This document shows positions 46,136 to 58,578 of a stretch of 64,000 bases of DNA, one piece after another. The stretch is from positions 620,001 to 684,000 of the forward strand of contig JANHCV010000005.1 in assembly GCA_025594325.1 (NCBI GenBank). The letters run 5' to 3'. How positions within the stretch are numbered: the first letter of the stretch is position 1; every line of letters begins with the position of its first letter. Position numbers and translations under genes: made by a program. The notes beneath the pieces were generated by a model that made no database searches, was not told the DNA's origin, and saw only the letters and a program-made list of their open reading frames with translations. The stretch comes from Blastocladiella emersonii ATCC 22665. Lineage: Eukaryota; Fungi; Blastocladiomycota.

Positions 46136-46517
46136 GGCAGAGAGTGGGGTGGCGCGGATCCGTTGGTTTGCATCGAGTGTGGCGTGGTGTAGAGCGCGCG
46201 CTTTATCACGGCGCGGCGTGCGGTGATGTGGAGGCTGCTCCCACGCGCTGAATTCGGTGCGACTCACTGCACCGCGGCAGGGGAGGCAAGGCGAGAGGAG
46301 ACAAGTCGCGACGCGGGTGGCCGCGGCGTCATGTGTAGCGGCGCAGCCACCTTTCGCTCCAGCCCCCCCGCGACCTGCCCCGCGACCCCGTGGCTCGCGC
46401 ATCGCCTTCGTCGCCGTCCGCTCGCCGTGTTCGCGCCCCCGCGTCCATCGCACCCATCGCACACGTCGCAGTCGCCGTCACAGATCACCCACAGCACACG
46501 CACGACACGCCGCAGCC

Positions 46518-47834
46518 ATGCACCCGCACCTCGACGAGGCCGCCGGCGGCGCGCTGCAGTTCGGCCGCGACTTTGCCCTCGCCCTGCCGTCCATCGCCGC
46601 GCCGTCTGCAGCCCCCACCGCCACGGTCACCGTGTACCCGCCGTCGCCGCGCGCCGTGTCGCCGCACATCACCATCACGCGCGCGCCGACCCCGCCGCCG
46701 CCCAGCTACACCGACCACGGCGAGCGGGTCCCGAGCCCATCATCCGCACTGCGCGCGCCCGCCTCGTCGCCCGTCCAACGTTCGAGCGGTGGCAGCGGGT
46801 TCCTGCGCCTGCCCGACCCAGCCGTGCTCCCGCCCAAGGCCTCGCCGTACTCGGCCACTGCCGACCTCGCGCAGATGCAGCTCGTGCACGTCCCGCGCGC
46901 GCGGTCCAAAGCGAGCGACGTGCCCGTCGCCGACCTGCTGCGCATCTTGTTCCCGCTCTCGGTCGCGTGTCGCTCGAACTCGTCTTCGTCGTCGTCGGCG
47001 CGCCGCCGCCGCGCCAGCTCGCCCACCCCGCCCATGAGTATGGCGCCTTCGAGCGCCATGGACGTCGAGATGGATACCATGCCGGACGCCGGCGGGTGGC
47101 GCGCGCGCCGGTCGTCGCCGCTCATCCTGCCGCGCTCCATCATCGCGGGCATCCCTACGTCGGCGGTGTCGACGCACGCGCCGCCCAACTCGCCCATGGC
47201 GCTGTCGCCGTGCCACGAGTGGCCCGTCTCGTTTGACGCCGTCATGGCCGATGGGGACGAGGGCGCGCCGCCGTCCATGGACCTCGACGATGAGTCGTCA
47301 ACGGCATCAGCGCCGCGGGGAGCGGGCCAGCTGCTCCCGTCCCCGCCGCCGTCGTACGCCGTGGCCCTCGCCGCGCACCCGCCGCCGCCCAAGTGGACCA
47401 GCCCCGTGCCGCCTGCCGCCGAGCCGTCCGTGTCGCACCGCCACCACCACAATGGATACGTCGAGCTGCCGGCCTCGCCGCCCGCGTCGCCGAGCTTCCT
47501 CTCGCTACGCCCGCCTCGCACTTCCATCTCGACTTCCTCCTCATCGTCGTCCTCGTCGGCGCTGACGATGCGCCGCAAGTCCGGGTTCGGCCGCGGCGCC
47601 GCCTCCTCGTCCTCGTCGGCAAGCTCGCCCAAGAGCGTGTCGCTGTCTCGGCGGCATCCCGCGTCGTCCAACAAGCCGCCGGGCGTGGTCGTGTCGTCGC
47701 GCACCAGCGTGTCCGTGGCCATCGGCAAGCGCAAGCCGTCCACGGCCACGGCTGCGGAGCGCGCAAAGTGCCAGCACCGTGTCCGGTCGGCCGTGCTGAG
47801 TCTCGCGCGCCAGCTTGATGCCCTCGACCTCTAA
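46518..47834 (+). CDS. Hypothetical Ser/Pro-rich protein
   Basis: GCC-ATG start and high GC3 up to a TAA next to an AT-richer 3' region. No domain recognised. Confidence 0.6.
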   Translation: MHPHLDEAAGGALQFGRDFALALPSIAAPSAAPTATVTVYPPSPRAVSPHITITRAPTPPPPSYTDHGERVPSPSSALRAPASSPVQRSSGGSGFLRLPDPAVLPPKASPYSATADLAQMQLVHVPRARSKASDVPVADLLRILFPLSVACRSNSSSSSSARRRRASSPTPPMSMAPSSAMDVEMDTMPDAGGWRARRSSPLILPRSIIAGIPTSAVSTHAPPNSPMALSPCHEWPVSFDAVMADGDEGAPPSMDLDDESSTASAPRGAGQLLPSPPPSYAVALAAHPPPPKWTSPVPPAAEPSVSHRHHHNGYVELPASPPASPSFLSLRPPRTSISTSSSSSSSSALTMRRKSGFGRGAASSSSSASSPKSVSLSRRHPASSNKPPGVVVSSRTSVSVAIGKRKPSTATAAERAKCQHRVRSAVLSLARQLDALDL

Positions 47835-47909
47835 ATCTTCTGGTTCTCTCCTCCTTGTGTACAGTTCATACCGCTCCCATCCACCACGCGCATATATTAT
47901 AAACACGTT

Positions 47910-49014
<1,105 letters not shown>

Positions 49015-49330
49015 CTATGCGTGCATGTGCGATGAGGGAGGTGCAGAGGGAGGAGCGCGGAGATGAAGCGAACACGACGAATGCGTCACCGCGCGCCACG
49101 TGAGGAAGGCGAGACGCGCGGCCGAAAAGTGTCTCCCGGGCGACGCGACGCGTCCTCGCCGACGCGCGCGCGCGCGCCACGCTGCTCCCACGCTGCCGCC
49201 GCTACGCAACGCGCCCATCTTGTTCTGTTGCTGCGCTTGATGAGCAGCCCCTCGCAACCATGGCCGCTCCCCGCTCTCCCAACGCCCGCTCTCCCAACGC
49301 CGACGCATCGACCCCACGGAACCGAACCGC

Positions 49331-51004
49331 ATGATCACACAGCACCCGTTCCCGCTCGGCGGCGGCGGCGCATCACCGTCGTCCTCGGCAGCAGCAGCCA
49401 GCGCGCCCGGCGCGTGGATGGGCGCGGCACCGCCGCACTTCCTCTACCAGCAGCACGGCGGTCCGCCGTCCTGGGCCGCGCCGCCACTCTCGCTCGCGCT
49501 GCCTTCACCACACGATGCGGCGGGCGACGCGCCGTGGTCGATCCCGCCGCCGGTCCCCGGCACCACCGGTATCTTCCACAACAACAGTAGTAGCAGCGTT
49601 ACGCCGCCGGCCGCCGCGTTCCCGCCCGTCCCCGGTGGCGGCGGCGGCGCGCCGTGGTTTCCCGCATGGGCGGCGAGCCCCGGCGGCGCACCCGCGCCGC
49701 TACACCATCAACCTCCCGATCACGCTGCGCCCGGCCTCCGCACCTCGCCTACCCCGCCAGCCACGACCGCGCCGACCACAACGGCGCCGGCCCCGACGAC
49801 GGGCACGGGCCTGCGTTCATGGGCGCGTGCCGCCCCCGCGCGCTCGCGCGACCGGCCGCGCGACCCTGCGCTGCGGCGGCGCACGTGGACGCGGTCCGAG
49901 GAGCTGGCGCTCGAGACGGCCATGGCCGAGTTCGGGTCGTCGTTCGCCATGATCCTCGACGTGTACGGGCGCAACGGGCTACGGTCGTCGGTCCTCGCCG
50001 ACTTTGACTACGACCAGCTCCGGTACAAGGCGCGCAACCTCGCGGCGCGCCGGCGTAAGCTCGGGCTCGACCCGGCGCCGTTCGACGCGCCGTCCAGGCC
50101 CGGCGCCGGGCGAGGCGCGCTGTCCAAGCACCGCAAGAGCCAGGTCTCGGAGCTCCACCAGATCACCGAGGCCGTGTGTCGCGCCGACGCCGAGGTCGAG
50201 GAGGCAAGGCGGGCGGCTGAGGAGGCCATGCGCGCCGCGATGCCGCCCCCGCCACCCCCGCCGCTGCCCGAGGTGCCCGCGACGGTCGGCGTCACGCTCC
50301 TGTCGCCCTTCACCGCCATGCTCGCCGCCAACGACAACTCGCCGTTGCTCTCGGACCTCGACGAGCTCAACTCGCTCGACGGCGCCCTCGTCGGGCTCGC
50401 GTCCGCCGACTCGGCGCTCGACCTGGACCTCAGTCCTGCGCCGGCTGCTGCCTCGGTTGATGGGTCCGCTGTGTCGTTCGTGGCGGCCGTCGATGACCCG
50501 CTCGCCGAGTTCACCCACATCGACTTTGACGACCTCGGCCTCGACCTGTCCTTCATGCCCGACCCGGCTTCCGCTACCTCCGCCGCCGCCGTGTCTTCTC
50601 CATCACCTCTCCCACCTCCACTGCCGGTCGCCGAACCCGCCGCGCCCGTCCCCGCCGTGTCGCCACACACCTTCCTCACGGTCCCACCGTCGCCCGCCAC
50701 CGACTCGCCCGCGCTGCGACACTCGCGCGCGTCCACCGCCGCGCTGCTCGCCGACCTCGACGCGGCGCTCTCGTCGCCCGCGCTCTCGCCACCGCTCACC
50801 GTCGACGACCCGCTCGCCTTCGCCTTCGCCATTTCTTCCTCTTCCGCGACGACGACGCCCGATGCGGCGGCCGCGGGCGCGTGGCAGATGCTCGGGCTCG
50901 AGTTCGAGATGCCCCCGCTGCCCGCGTTCCCGTTCGCGTTCCCGTTCGCGTGCGACGGCGGAGTCGGCGGGGGGCTGGATGATGAGGTCCTGGCGCTGCT
51001 TTGA
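49331..51004 (+). CDS. Myb/SANT telobox-type DNA-binding protein, Tbf1/TRF-like
   Basis: RRRTWTRSEELAL...F..IL..YG..G..S.VL.D....QLRYKARNL resembles the Tbf1 telobox (QLKDKARN). The rest is low complexity. Confidence 0.65.
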   Translation: MITQHPFPLGGGGASPSSSAAAASAPGAWMGAAPPHFLYQQHGGPPSWAAPPLSLALPSPHDAAGDAPWSIPPPVPGTTGIFHNNSSSSVTPPAAAFPPVPGGGGGAPWFPAWAASPGGAPAPLHHQPPDHAAPGLRTSPTPPATTAPTTTAPAPTTGTGLRSWARAAPARSRDRPRDPALRRRTWTRSEELALETAMAEFGSSFAMILDVYGRNGLRSSVLADFDYDQLRYKARNLAARRRKLGLDPAPFDAPSRPGAGRGALSKHRKSQVSELHQITEAVCRADAEVEEARRAAEEAMRAAMPPPPPPPLPEVPATVGVTLLSPFTAMLAANDNSPLLSDLDELNSLDGALVGLASADSALDLDLSPAPAAASVDGSAVSFVAAVDDPLAEFTHIDFDDLGLDLSFMPDPASATSAAAVSSPSPLPPPLPVAEPAAPVPAVSPHTFLTVPPSPATDSPALRHSRASTAALLADLDAALSSPALSPPLTVDDPLAFAFAISSSSATTTPDAAAAGAWQMLGLEFEMPPLPAFPFAFPFACDGGVGGGLDDEVLALL

Positions 51005-51070
51005 TTTTGTGATAACCCATACCCTGTGCGAGAGAGATCCCAATCTATTGTCACTTCTCACCTCATCGAT

Positions 51071-52815
51071 TCACGACGAATACTTGGCCGCTACGCCCGG
51101 GTACTCGCTCCCGTTTGGGACCGGGTACGAGATCGGGCCTGCCGGTTGCGCGGGAGGCGCCTGCGGCGGGGCCTGTGGCATCGGCGCGTAGTAGTACGCG
51201 GGCGGCGGGCTCTGCGGGCCCGGCGACATCGGGCCCGCGGCCGGCGGCGGCGGCGGAGCGTACCCGTACGGCACCTGCTGTGAGGAAGATGACGGGCCCG
51301 CGTAGTAGGCCTGTTGCTGCGACGGCGGGTAGCCCGGGTAGGCTTGCTGTTGCGGCGGTGGCGGGTAGCCCGGATACGCCTGCGGTTGCGGGTACGGCTG
51401 CTGAACCGGAACCGCGGCGTAGCCCGCGTACACGGCCGGCTGCGGCTGCTGAGCTTGCGGGTGCACATGTTGCGGCTGGCCCATCATGGACCCGATGGCC
51501 GCGGTCGCGAGCGGGACGATCTGCGCCGTCGACTGGTATGGCGGAGCCGGCTCTGCGGACACCTTGTTGGCCTCGGTGCGCCGGCGCCGGCGGAAGACCA
51601 GGCCGCACACGCAGCAGCTGATCAGGCCCACGATCACGATGCCTGGGATCAGGAGGCTGATGCCGATGGTCTGCTTTTGTTCCTACATGCGACCGAGATG
51701 TCAGCGAGCTGTGGAAGGGTATCGAGAGAGGAGGGACGTGCCATCGACAGGCCAAAGTAGTAGCTGCCCTGCGTGACCCGCGACGCGTACAGGATCGGGT
51801 CGTCGCTGTGCCGCACTTGCACGCGGATCGCGCTCGGCCGCGTCGAGCTGTACTGCGCCAGCCCGTAGCTCGGCAGCGCGGTGCCCGAGTACGTCGACTC
51901 GTAGTAGCACCCGGAGCTCGTCTCGCTGTGCGAAGCGTGCTCTCATCAGTCAGCGTTGCGCGGGGGGTGCGATGTCGTCACGTACATGGTGTTGGACGCG
52001 GGCGAGTACACGAAACACATGGACTTGACGTAGAGCGTCAGCGTGCACTGCGCCGTGCTCGAGTTCCACACGCCGTCGCGGCTCGAGCAAGCTACATCCG
52101 CTCGTGGTGAGCTCGCGTCCTCCCGAACACGCACAAATCGCGTACCGGTTGAGCACAGCGGCCTCCTATTGCACGCATCGCGGTCCGACTGGCTCGACTG
52201 CGTGCAGGTGCTGGTGCGGCAGTCGGGCAGCGTGATCGCGTACGTGCGCGACGGCGGGACCACGCTGGCCGAGATGGCGAACAAGTTGGTGCCCGAGCTG
52301 CCCCACGCCAGGATACTCGACCCGTTGACCCCGGGCACCGAGGCCTGCAGCCAGTTCAGCTTGCTCGGGAACGGCACCGCGGGCTCGGTAGAGGAGAGTT
52401 TGCCCTCCTCCTACACGCGCTGAGCGGTGAGCAGACGCCTAAGCGATGTTGTGCATCGAGTTGTACCTGTCCCATGGACGATGTCCTCGCCAGCGGATAC
52501 ACCGCGCTGCCGTACGCGTACGTCGCATTGAGCTGGCTCCACGACGACGTGTTACTCGCCCCCGACCCGCTCGCCCACTGCTGTGATACGTTGATGAACG
52601 ACGCGACAGCCGTCTCACGGGTCGGCGTGCCCGCAATCGACAGCATGTACGCGCCGCCAATGATCAGCCCCGGGCCGATCAGGCACGTCACCAGGATCAC
52701 ACCCAGGATGGCCTTGGAGATGTCCTACGGTCGACGCGGTCAGAGCGGGTCGCGCTGCGGTGCGAGGCGGTGGTGCGGTCGTGAGCACTTTGCATGTATT
52801 GGCTATGGACGACAT
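51071..52815 (-). CDS. Hypothetical two-TM protein with Cys-containing ectodomain and Pro/Tyr/Gln-rich tail (multi-exon)
   Basis: MSSIANTCK/DISKAILGVILVTCLIGPGLIIGG (TM1), several GT-AG introns, TM2 LIPGIVIVGLISCCVCGLVFRRRRR, and a tail with YPGYPP repeats. Confidence 0.65.
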
Positions 52816-53135
52816 GGTTTGTTTTGGTTGTATTCATCGCATGGATCGGAGAGCGAGCGCGCTCTGGAATGAGCTTTGATCGAAGTGGGCAAGATCCAAG
52901 CGTCGCGAAGGACGCGTCTAGAAATCACGTGTGGGGTGCGAGACATGCGAGACACGCTGCTCGAGCACGGAACGCGGCCTGGTGGGCCTGGAACGCGGCT
53001 CTCTTTTGAGTTAGAGAAATCTTGTGTTCCAGAAAGCGCATGTAACCTCACGCCATTCAGAGGGACGCTGACGCAGGCGGTTGTGTGGAACAAACGAGAC
53101 TATGTACATGAGGGGAACAACTGATAAGACAAAAT

Positions 53136-55618
53136 TTACAAGGACGCGCCCGCCGCCGGCTCGGGACCTGGCGCCGCGGACGCTTGTTCCGCCGCGGCAC
53201 CCTCCGCGCCCACCGCGTTGCCCGCTTCTTCCTCCGGCGGCGGCGACTCGCGGTGCGTCTTGAGGTGCCGGCGAGCCTGGTCAGGCCGCGAGAAGCCGCG
53301 GTCGCACACGGGGCAGCGGAAGGGGCGGTCCTTGGTGTGGGTGCGCGTGTGCTTGGTGAGGTTGGACGACTCAGCAAACGTCTTGGTGCACCCCTCGAAC
53401 TTGCACGCGAACGGGCGCTCGCCCGTGTGCGTGCGCCGGTGCACCGTCAGCGCGCCCATGATCGAGAAGTTCTTGGCGCAGCCCTCGAAGTCGCACGCGA
53501 ACGGTTTCTCGCCTACACGAACGAGGTGCGAAGTCAGAGCGGGGGGTGGAACAGAATCGTGAACGGGGAGCACGTACCCGAGTGCGTCCGCATATGACTC
53601 GCAAGGACCGTGTGCTCCGAGAACCGCTGCGAGCACGTCACGCACTGGTACGGCTTGAACCCGGTGTGCATCTGCAGGTGGCGCATCACCTTCTGCCGCT
53701 GCGTGAACGGGCGGCCCTGCCGGTCGCAGTCGCGCCACTCGCACACGTACGGCGGCCGGTTGAACCCAATGTGGTCCTCGGACACGTGCGTCGTCAGGTC
53801 CGCAAACGACGGGTAGTGCGCGCCGCAGCTCGTCCACAGGCACACGTGCAGGTCGTAGCTGTTGGTCGTCGACGCGGACGTCGCGGCGGCAGGGGCGGCG
53901 GCGGGTGGCGTGCGGGACGACGCTGATGCCTGATCGCCGGGCGCGACAGCGTCAGCGGGCGCCGAGGACGCAAGCTCGGCCGTCGGAGGCCCCTGAGCGT
54001 GCGCCGCGTCGCCCTCACCCGTTGCCCCGTGGGCGTGCTGGTGCCCGCTGCCACCATCACACTGGTGCGACTCGTCGAAGATAGCCTTGATGTGCTTCTC
54101 GAGCAGGTGGCCGACGAGCTCGTCGGTCGACTCGAACTTGTGGTCGCCAAGCTCGACGCACGCGGCGCCGCCCCACTTGCACGTGTTGGAGCGGTTGTGG
54201 TTGGCGGGGGTGTGCGCCGTCGACAGGTGCGGGACGAGCTCGGCCGCGTCCGAGAAGGTCGCCGAGCACGTGAACCACAGGCACCGCGCGAGGGGCTGGT
54301 CGCTGCCGCCCGTGGACGACGAAGAGGAGGTATCGTCGGCGCTCCGAGGCGCAGCACGGGCCGAGTTGGTGCGGGTGGGGAGCGAGGCGGGGCGGTCCGT
54401 TGGCGGTGCGGAAAGGCGGCGTGCGACGCGGGGACGGGGAGCGGTTGCTGAGGAGGATGGCGGTGCCGGTGCGACGAATGCGGGCGCCGTCGACTCGCGG
54501 CGTGGCGATGGCGGACTCGAGCGGGTCCCGGTAGCCGAAAGCCGGGCAGGCGCTTCGCTTGGGCGAGCGGGTCCGTCGACGCGCGCGCGTTTCGCCGCGC
54601 GCTGCACGAGCTCCTCGACCGCAGGCGCGAGCGAGGTTTCGGTCGGCGGCGCAGGCGCGATGCGCGGGTGCACCGTGTACAGCGTCGTCGAGGTGGTCAT
54701 GGTGGTCGACCCAGCAGCCGACGTGCGGGTGTGGGTGGTGCGGGTGATCTGGCGGCGCGTGGTCGGGCACTCGGTGGTGTTGGTGGTGACGTGCTCCTCG
54801 ACGCGCGGCGGGCCCTCGAGGGGCTCGACGGGCGGATCAAAGAGATGGCGAGGCGGTTCGGACGGCGGCGGGAGCGATGCGGGCCAGAGTGGTTGCTGCA
54901 GCGGCAGCATCGACTCGGGACCGAGAGAAGCGAAATTGGGGCCGGGCATGGATGAGAACTGGAACGACGAGCCCGTGGCCGCGGCCGCGGCGGGGTACAT
55001 GGAGCCCGAGTGCGCGAGCAGGTCGCCGTCCATGTTGGCGAGAAAGCCTAGCAGTTCCTGCGAGTTGCTGGCGGGCGGGCTGAGCATGGGGGCCGGGCTC
55101 GCGAGGTAATCGAAGGACTGCGGGAGGAGCGGCTGCATGGGCGACGCAGTGGCCAGCTGCTGAAACGGCGGGTACGAGGCGGCAGACTGAAGGTTGGCCG
55201 ACAATGGCTTAGCCGATCCCGCGACGGGCAGCTGCGGGAACAGCGCGGCGGGCATGGTCGCGGGCGATACGACGGTGTACGGTGCGGGCGACGAGAGGGT
55301 ATACGGTGCGGGTTGAGAGGCAAGCTGGAGCAGCTGCTGCGGGTGCTGCGCGGGTCCCGCCGCAAAAGTGGTATAGGGCTGCTGCTGCATCGGAAGGCCA
55401 AAGTTCGACGGCAGCGATTGCGGTGGCGGGAAGGCGTAGTAGGCGTCAAGAAAGTTGTTATTCATGGCGTCGGCAGCGACTTGATCGGCGAAACCGGTCC
55501 AGTTGGGCGCGTTGGCGGCGGCAAGCGGATCAGACGGCATGGCGGCGGCGTCGGGGCTCCGAAGCGGATCGCTTTGCTGAGCCGAAGTCGGATCTGATGC
55601 TGCCGGTGGTTGATACAT
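53136..55618 (-). CDS. C2H2 zinc-finger transcription factor, Zap1/ZafA (zinc-responsive)-like, one intron
   Basis: Eight fingers: a CWCH2-type pair (CLWFTC, CKWGGAAC), CLWTSC, CEWRDC..RQKVMRHLQMHTGFKPYQC, HMRTHS/GEKPF, ESSNLTKH. The RQK..RH..HTG.KPY and ESSNL.KH features match Zap1. Confidence 0.82.
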
Positions 55619-56255
55619 GGTGCCTAGGGCCGACGGGTGGCACGGTGACTCGGTCGGCGATGGGGGGAACAGGTCGGGCGAGCGCGAGTGTGGTGCGCAG
55701 CTGATGTTCAGTCGCTGCCGCAGAGTGACTAGCGGCGACAAAATGGATGCATGGAGTGTTCGTGCTTATCCGGCGACATCGCGTCGTTGCGGCGAGCGAG
55801 AAGGTCGGCAGACCGCGCGGGAACGGCGAGGAGGCGGCGGCGGGCAGCGTCAGGTGACGGCGGCCGCTGTGGCGCTGCGTGTGGCGCTTCGCGGTTCGTC
55901 AGTCGCTGCACCCTTTCGCACCGCAGCTGCCCTGATCCCTCCGCCTGCGCTCGATTGCCCATGTAACTGCTGCCGGGACTCCCCGCAGACGCTGTTCTAT
56001 ATCTTGCTATTCGACTTGGCAGGGACCAACGCCCCCCGGCCAGCTTGCCAAGACCCCCGATCGCCTGCGCCACGTTCTCTTGTCGCGGACCTGTGCGCTG
56101 CGGCCGCTCGCTGTACACTCGCCTGCTCGCCGTCTATTTTGCTCCTAGAGTCTGCTGCTTGAACTCCTTGGCATCGCCGCTGCGATCAATCTGTCAAAAG
56201 GGCGGCTATACCCTCCTCGAACCGTCTGCCTCGTGTCCATCATCAAACCGTCGTC

Positions 56256-58328
56256 ATGCCACTCTCTCGACGCCAGTTCATTGCCCTGTTCTGCTGCTGC
56301 CTCGCCGCCGCAGTGCTCTTCTTCAGTCCAGCGAGCGGCGACAAGTCCCCAAAGGGCTCCGCATCCGCCCCGCTCTCCAACAACGGCAAGGAGCGCGGCG
56401 AGAAATGGGTTCCACCGAAAGGACTCTTCCTCGACAAGTACGGGAGGGCCAACATGACCGTTGCGCGGTACGGTTCATCGACTCGACACCGCGTCGCGCC
56501 ACCCGGAGCGCCGTGAGTTCCACAGCTAACACGTACCCGTTCGACGTACCCTCTCTCAATCAGTGCCATGGTCAAGGAAATGTTCTTTCACGGCTGGAAC
56601 TCGTACCTCACGCACGCGTGGCCGCACGACGAGCTCGCCCCATTGACGTGTCGCGGCATCAAGGCCCAGGGCGAGTACTACCTCACGCTCATCGACGCCG
56701 CCGACACGCTGGCCGTGCTCGGCGAGTGGGGCTCCTTTTCGCACGCCGTCGACCTCATCTCCAACATCCCGCATTTCAACCTCAACATCAACGTGTCGCT
56801 GTTCGAGACCAACATCCGCATTCTCGGGTACGATTTCGCGTATCGGAGCTCGCTGCATCGCGATGGTGCACTAACATGTCCTTTGCGCGACCATCTAGCG
56901 GCCTCGTCTCGACGCACATCATTGCCGACCGCTACCTGCCCAGCTACAACGGCCGCCTCCTCAAGCTCGCCACCGATATCGGCGACCGCCTGCTCCCCGC
57001 CTTCGACACCAAGACGGGCATCCCGTACGGCACCGTCAACCTCATGCACGGCGTGCCGCCCAACGAGACCCCCGTCGTGTGCACCGCGTGCGCGACCAGT
57101 CTGTCGCTCGAGTTCGGCTACCTGTCGCACCTCACGGGCCGGCCCGTGTACGCCGTACGTCGCCAACTCGCTCATCGGCCTGGAGCGACGCACTGACCTT
57201 TCTCGAACGCGCAACTAGGCCAAGGCCAAGGAGGCCGTCCGCGCGCTGTGGGCTCGCCGAAGCGAGCTCGATCTCGTGGGCAACCACATTGACTCGGAGA
57301 CGGGCGCGTGGACCGCGACCGCCAGCGGCGTCGCCGGGTCGATCGACTCGTTCTACGAGTACATGTTCAAGACCTTCCTCGTGTTCCACGACTCGGACTA
57401 CTACCAGATCTTCGTCGACGCCTACCACGCCGTTGAAAAGTGGACCGCGCGCGACGGCTGGAACGTGGTACGTTGCTGCTGCTCGTCACCATCCCCTCGC
57501 TCCGAACTGACATGGGTCCCGTGTAGCTCGTCAACATGTACTCGGGCACGACCGCCGCGAGCACCTTCTCGTCGCTGCAGTGTTTCTGGGCCGGGCTGCA
57601 GGTCCTGAGCGGCGACCTCCACCGCGCCAACGCGTTCATGCAGAAGATGGGCAGCCTCATGGCCGTGATCCCGTTTCTGCCCGAGCTGCTCCAGATCAAC
57701 GGCTGGACGTTGACGGCGCACCGCGAGTGGCCGCAGCGGCCCGAGCTCATCGAGAGCATCCACGCCATGTACCAGGCCACGCGCGATCCCGGCCTGCAGA
57801 CGTTTGGCGTCGAGCTCGCGGTCCGCATCGACAAGTAGTACGTGTGTGCTTCGCGCGTCTGCTTCGTGCCTCGAAACTGACCGACCCCCTTGCAACTTTC
57901 GTAGCACGCGCACCGAGTGCGGGTTCGCGGGGATCCAGGACGTCGAGTCGCTGACGCTGCGGGACCAGCAGGAGTCCTTCTTCCTGTCCGAGACGCTGAA
58001 GTACCTGTACCTGCTGTTCGACCCGGACAACCTGTTCAACCAGCCCGAGTGGGTGTTCACGACCGAGGCGCACCCGCTGCCGATCCTGCCCAACACCAAG
58101 GCGCTGCGGCGCACCCAGCCGACGCCCAAACTCACGATGCGCACCGTCCGCGACCCCAAGGACCTGACCGACCTGCCCGACGCCGACCTCATGATGCTGC
58201 CGTCCGCGCAGCAGTGCAGCGCGTACGAGTGGCGGACCGTCAGCGACCTGCACTCGCTGTCGCCGCCGCGCAGCGGGACCAATTGGTTACGCAACCGCGG
58301 CGTGTTTGATAAGGTCCCTGACCTGTGA
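56256..58328 (+). CDS. GH47 ER degradation-enhancing alpha-1,2-mannosidase-like protein (EDEM/Htm1 type), multi-exon
   Basis: N-terminal anchor; [11 protein letters not shown]...[71 protein letters not shown]. Confidence 0.92.
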
Positions 58329-58578
58329 GTCTCTCGCACGCGCTTCTTTAATCGCGCTTCTTTAATAAACCTAGCTGAACTGTGTACATTTGTCCGCACC
58401 TGGATTCGGGAGACGGGGGTCGAGCGCGAACACGTCTGCATCGTGGCGCGCGACGCGTCGTTCGACGGACGCGTTGCTCATGTCCTCGCGTGCGTGCAAG
58501 ACCGAGCCTGGTGTGCTCGGGCTGCCGCCGATTCCGCTTGTCCTCTGCACCCACCACCCAGCGACTTGATGCAATCCC

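Noticed and set aside
49080-49180. ACGCGT (MCB-like) site upstream of thymidylate synthase
   Set aside because: CGCG/ACGCGT words are abundant in all intergenic DNA here, so one site is not informative without enrichment statistics.
58339-58366. 14-bp tandem duplication (cgcgcttctttaat x2) next to AATAAA after the EDEM gene
   Set aside because: Real, but a trivial slippage repeat with no evident consequence.
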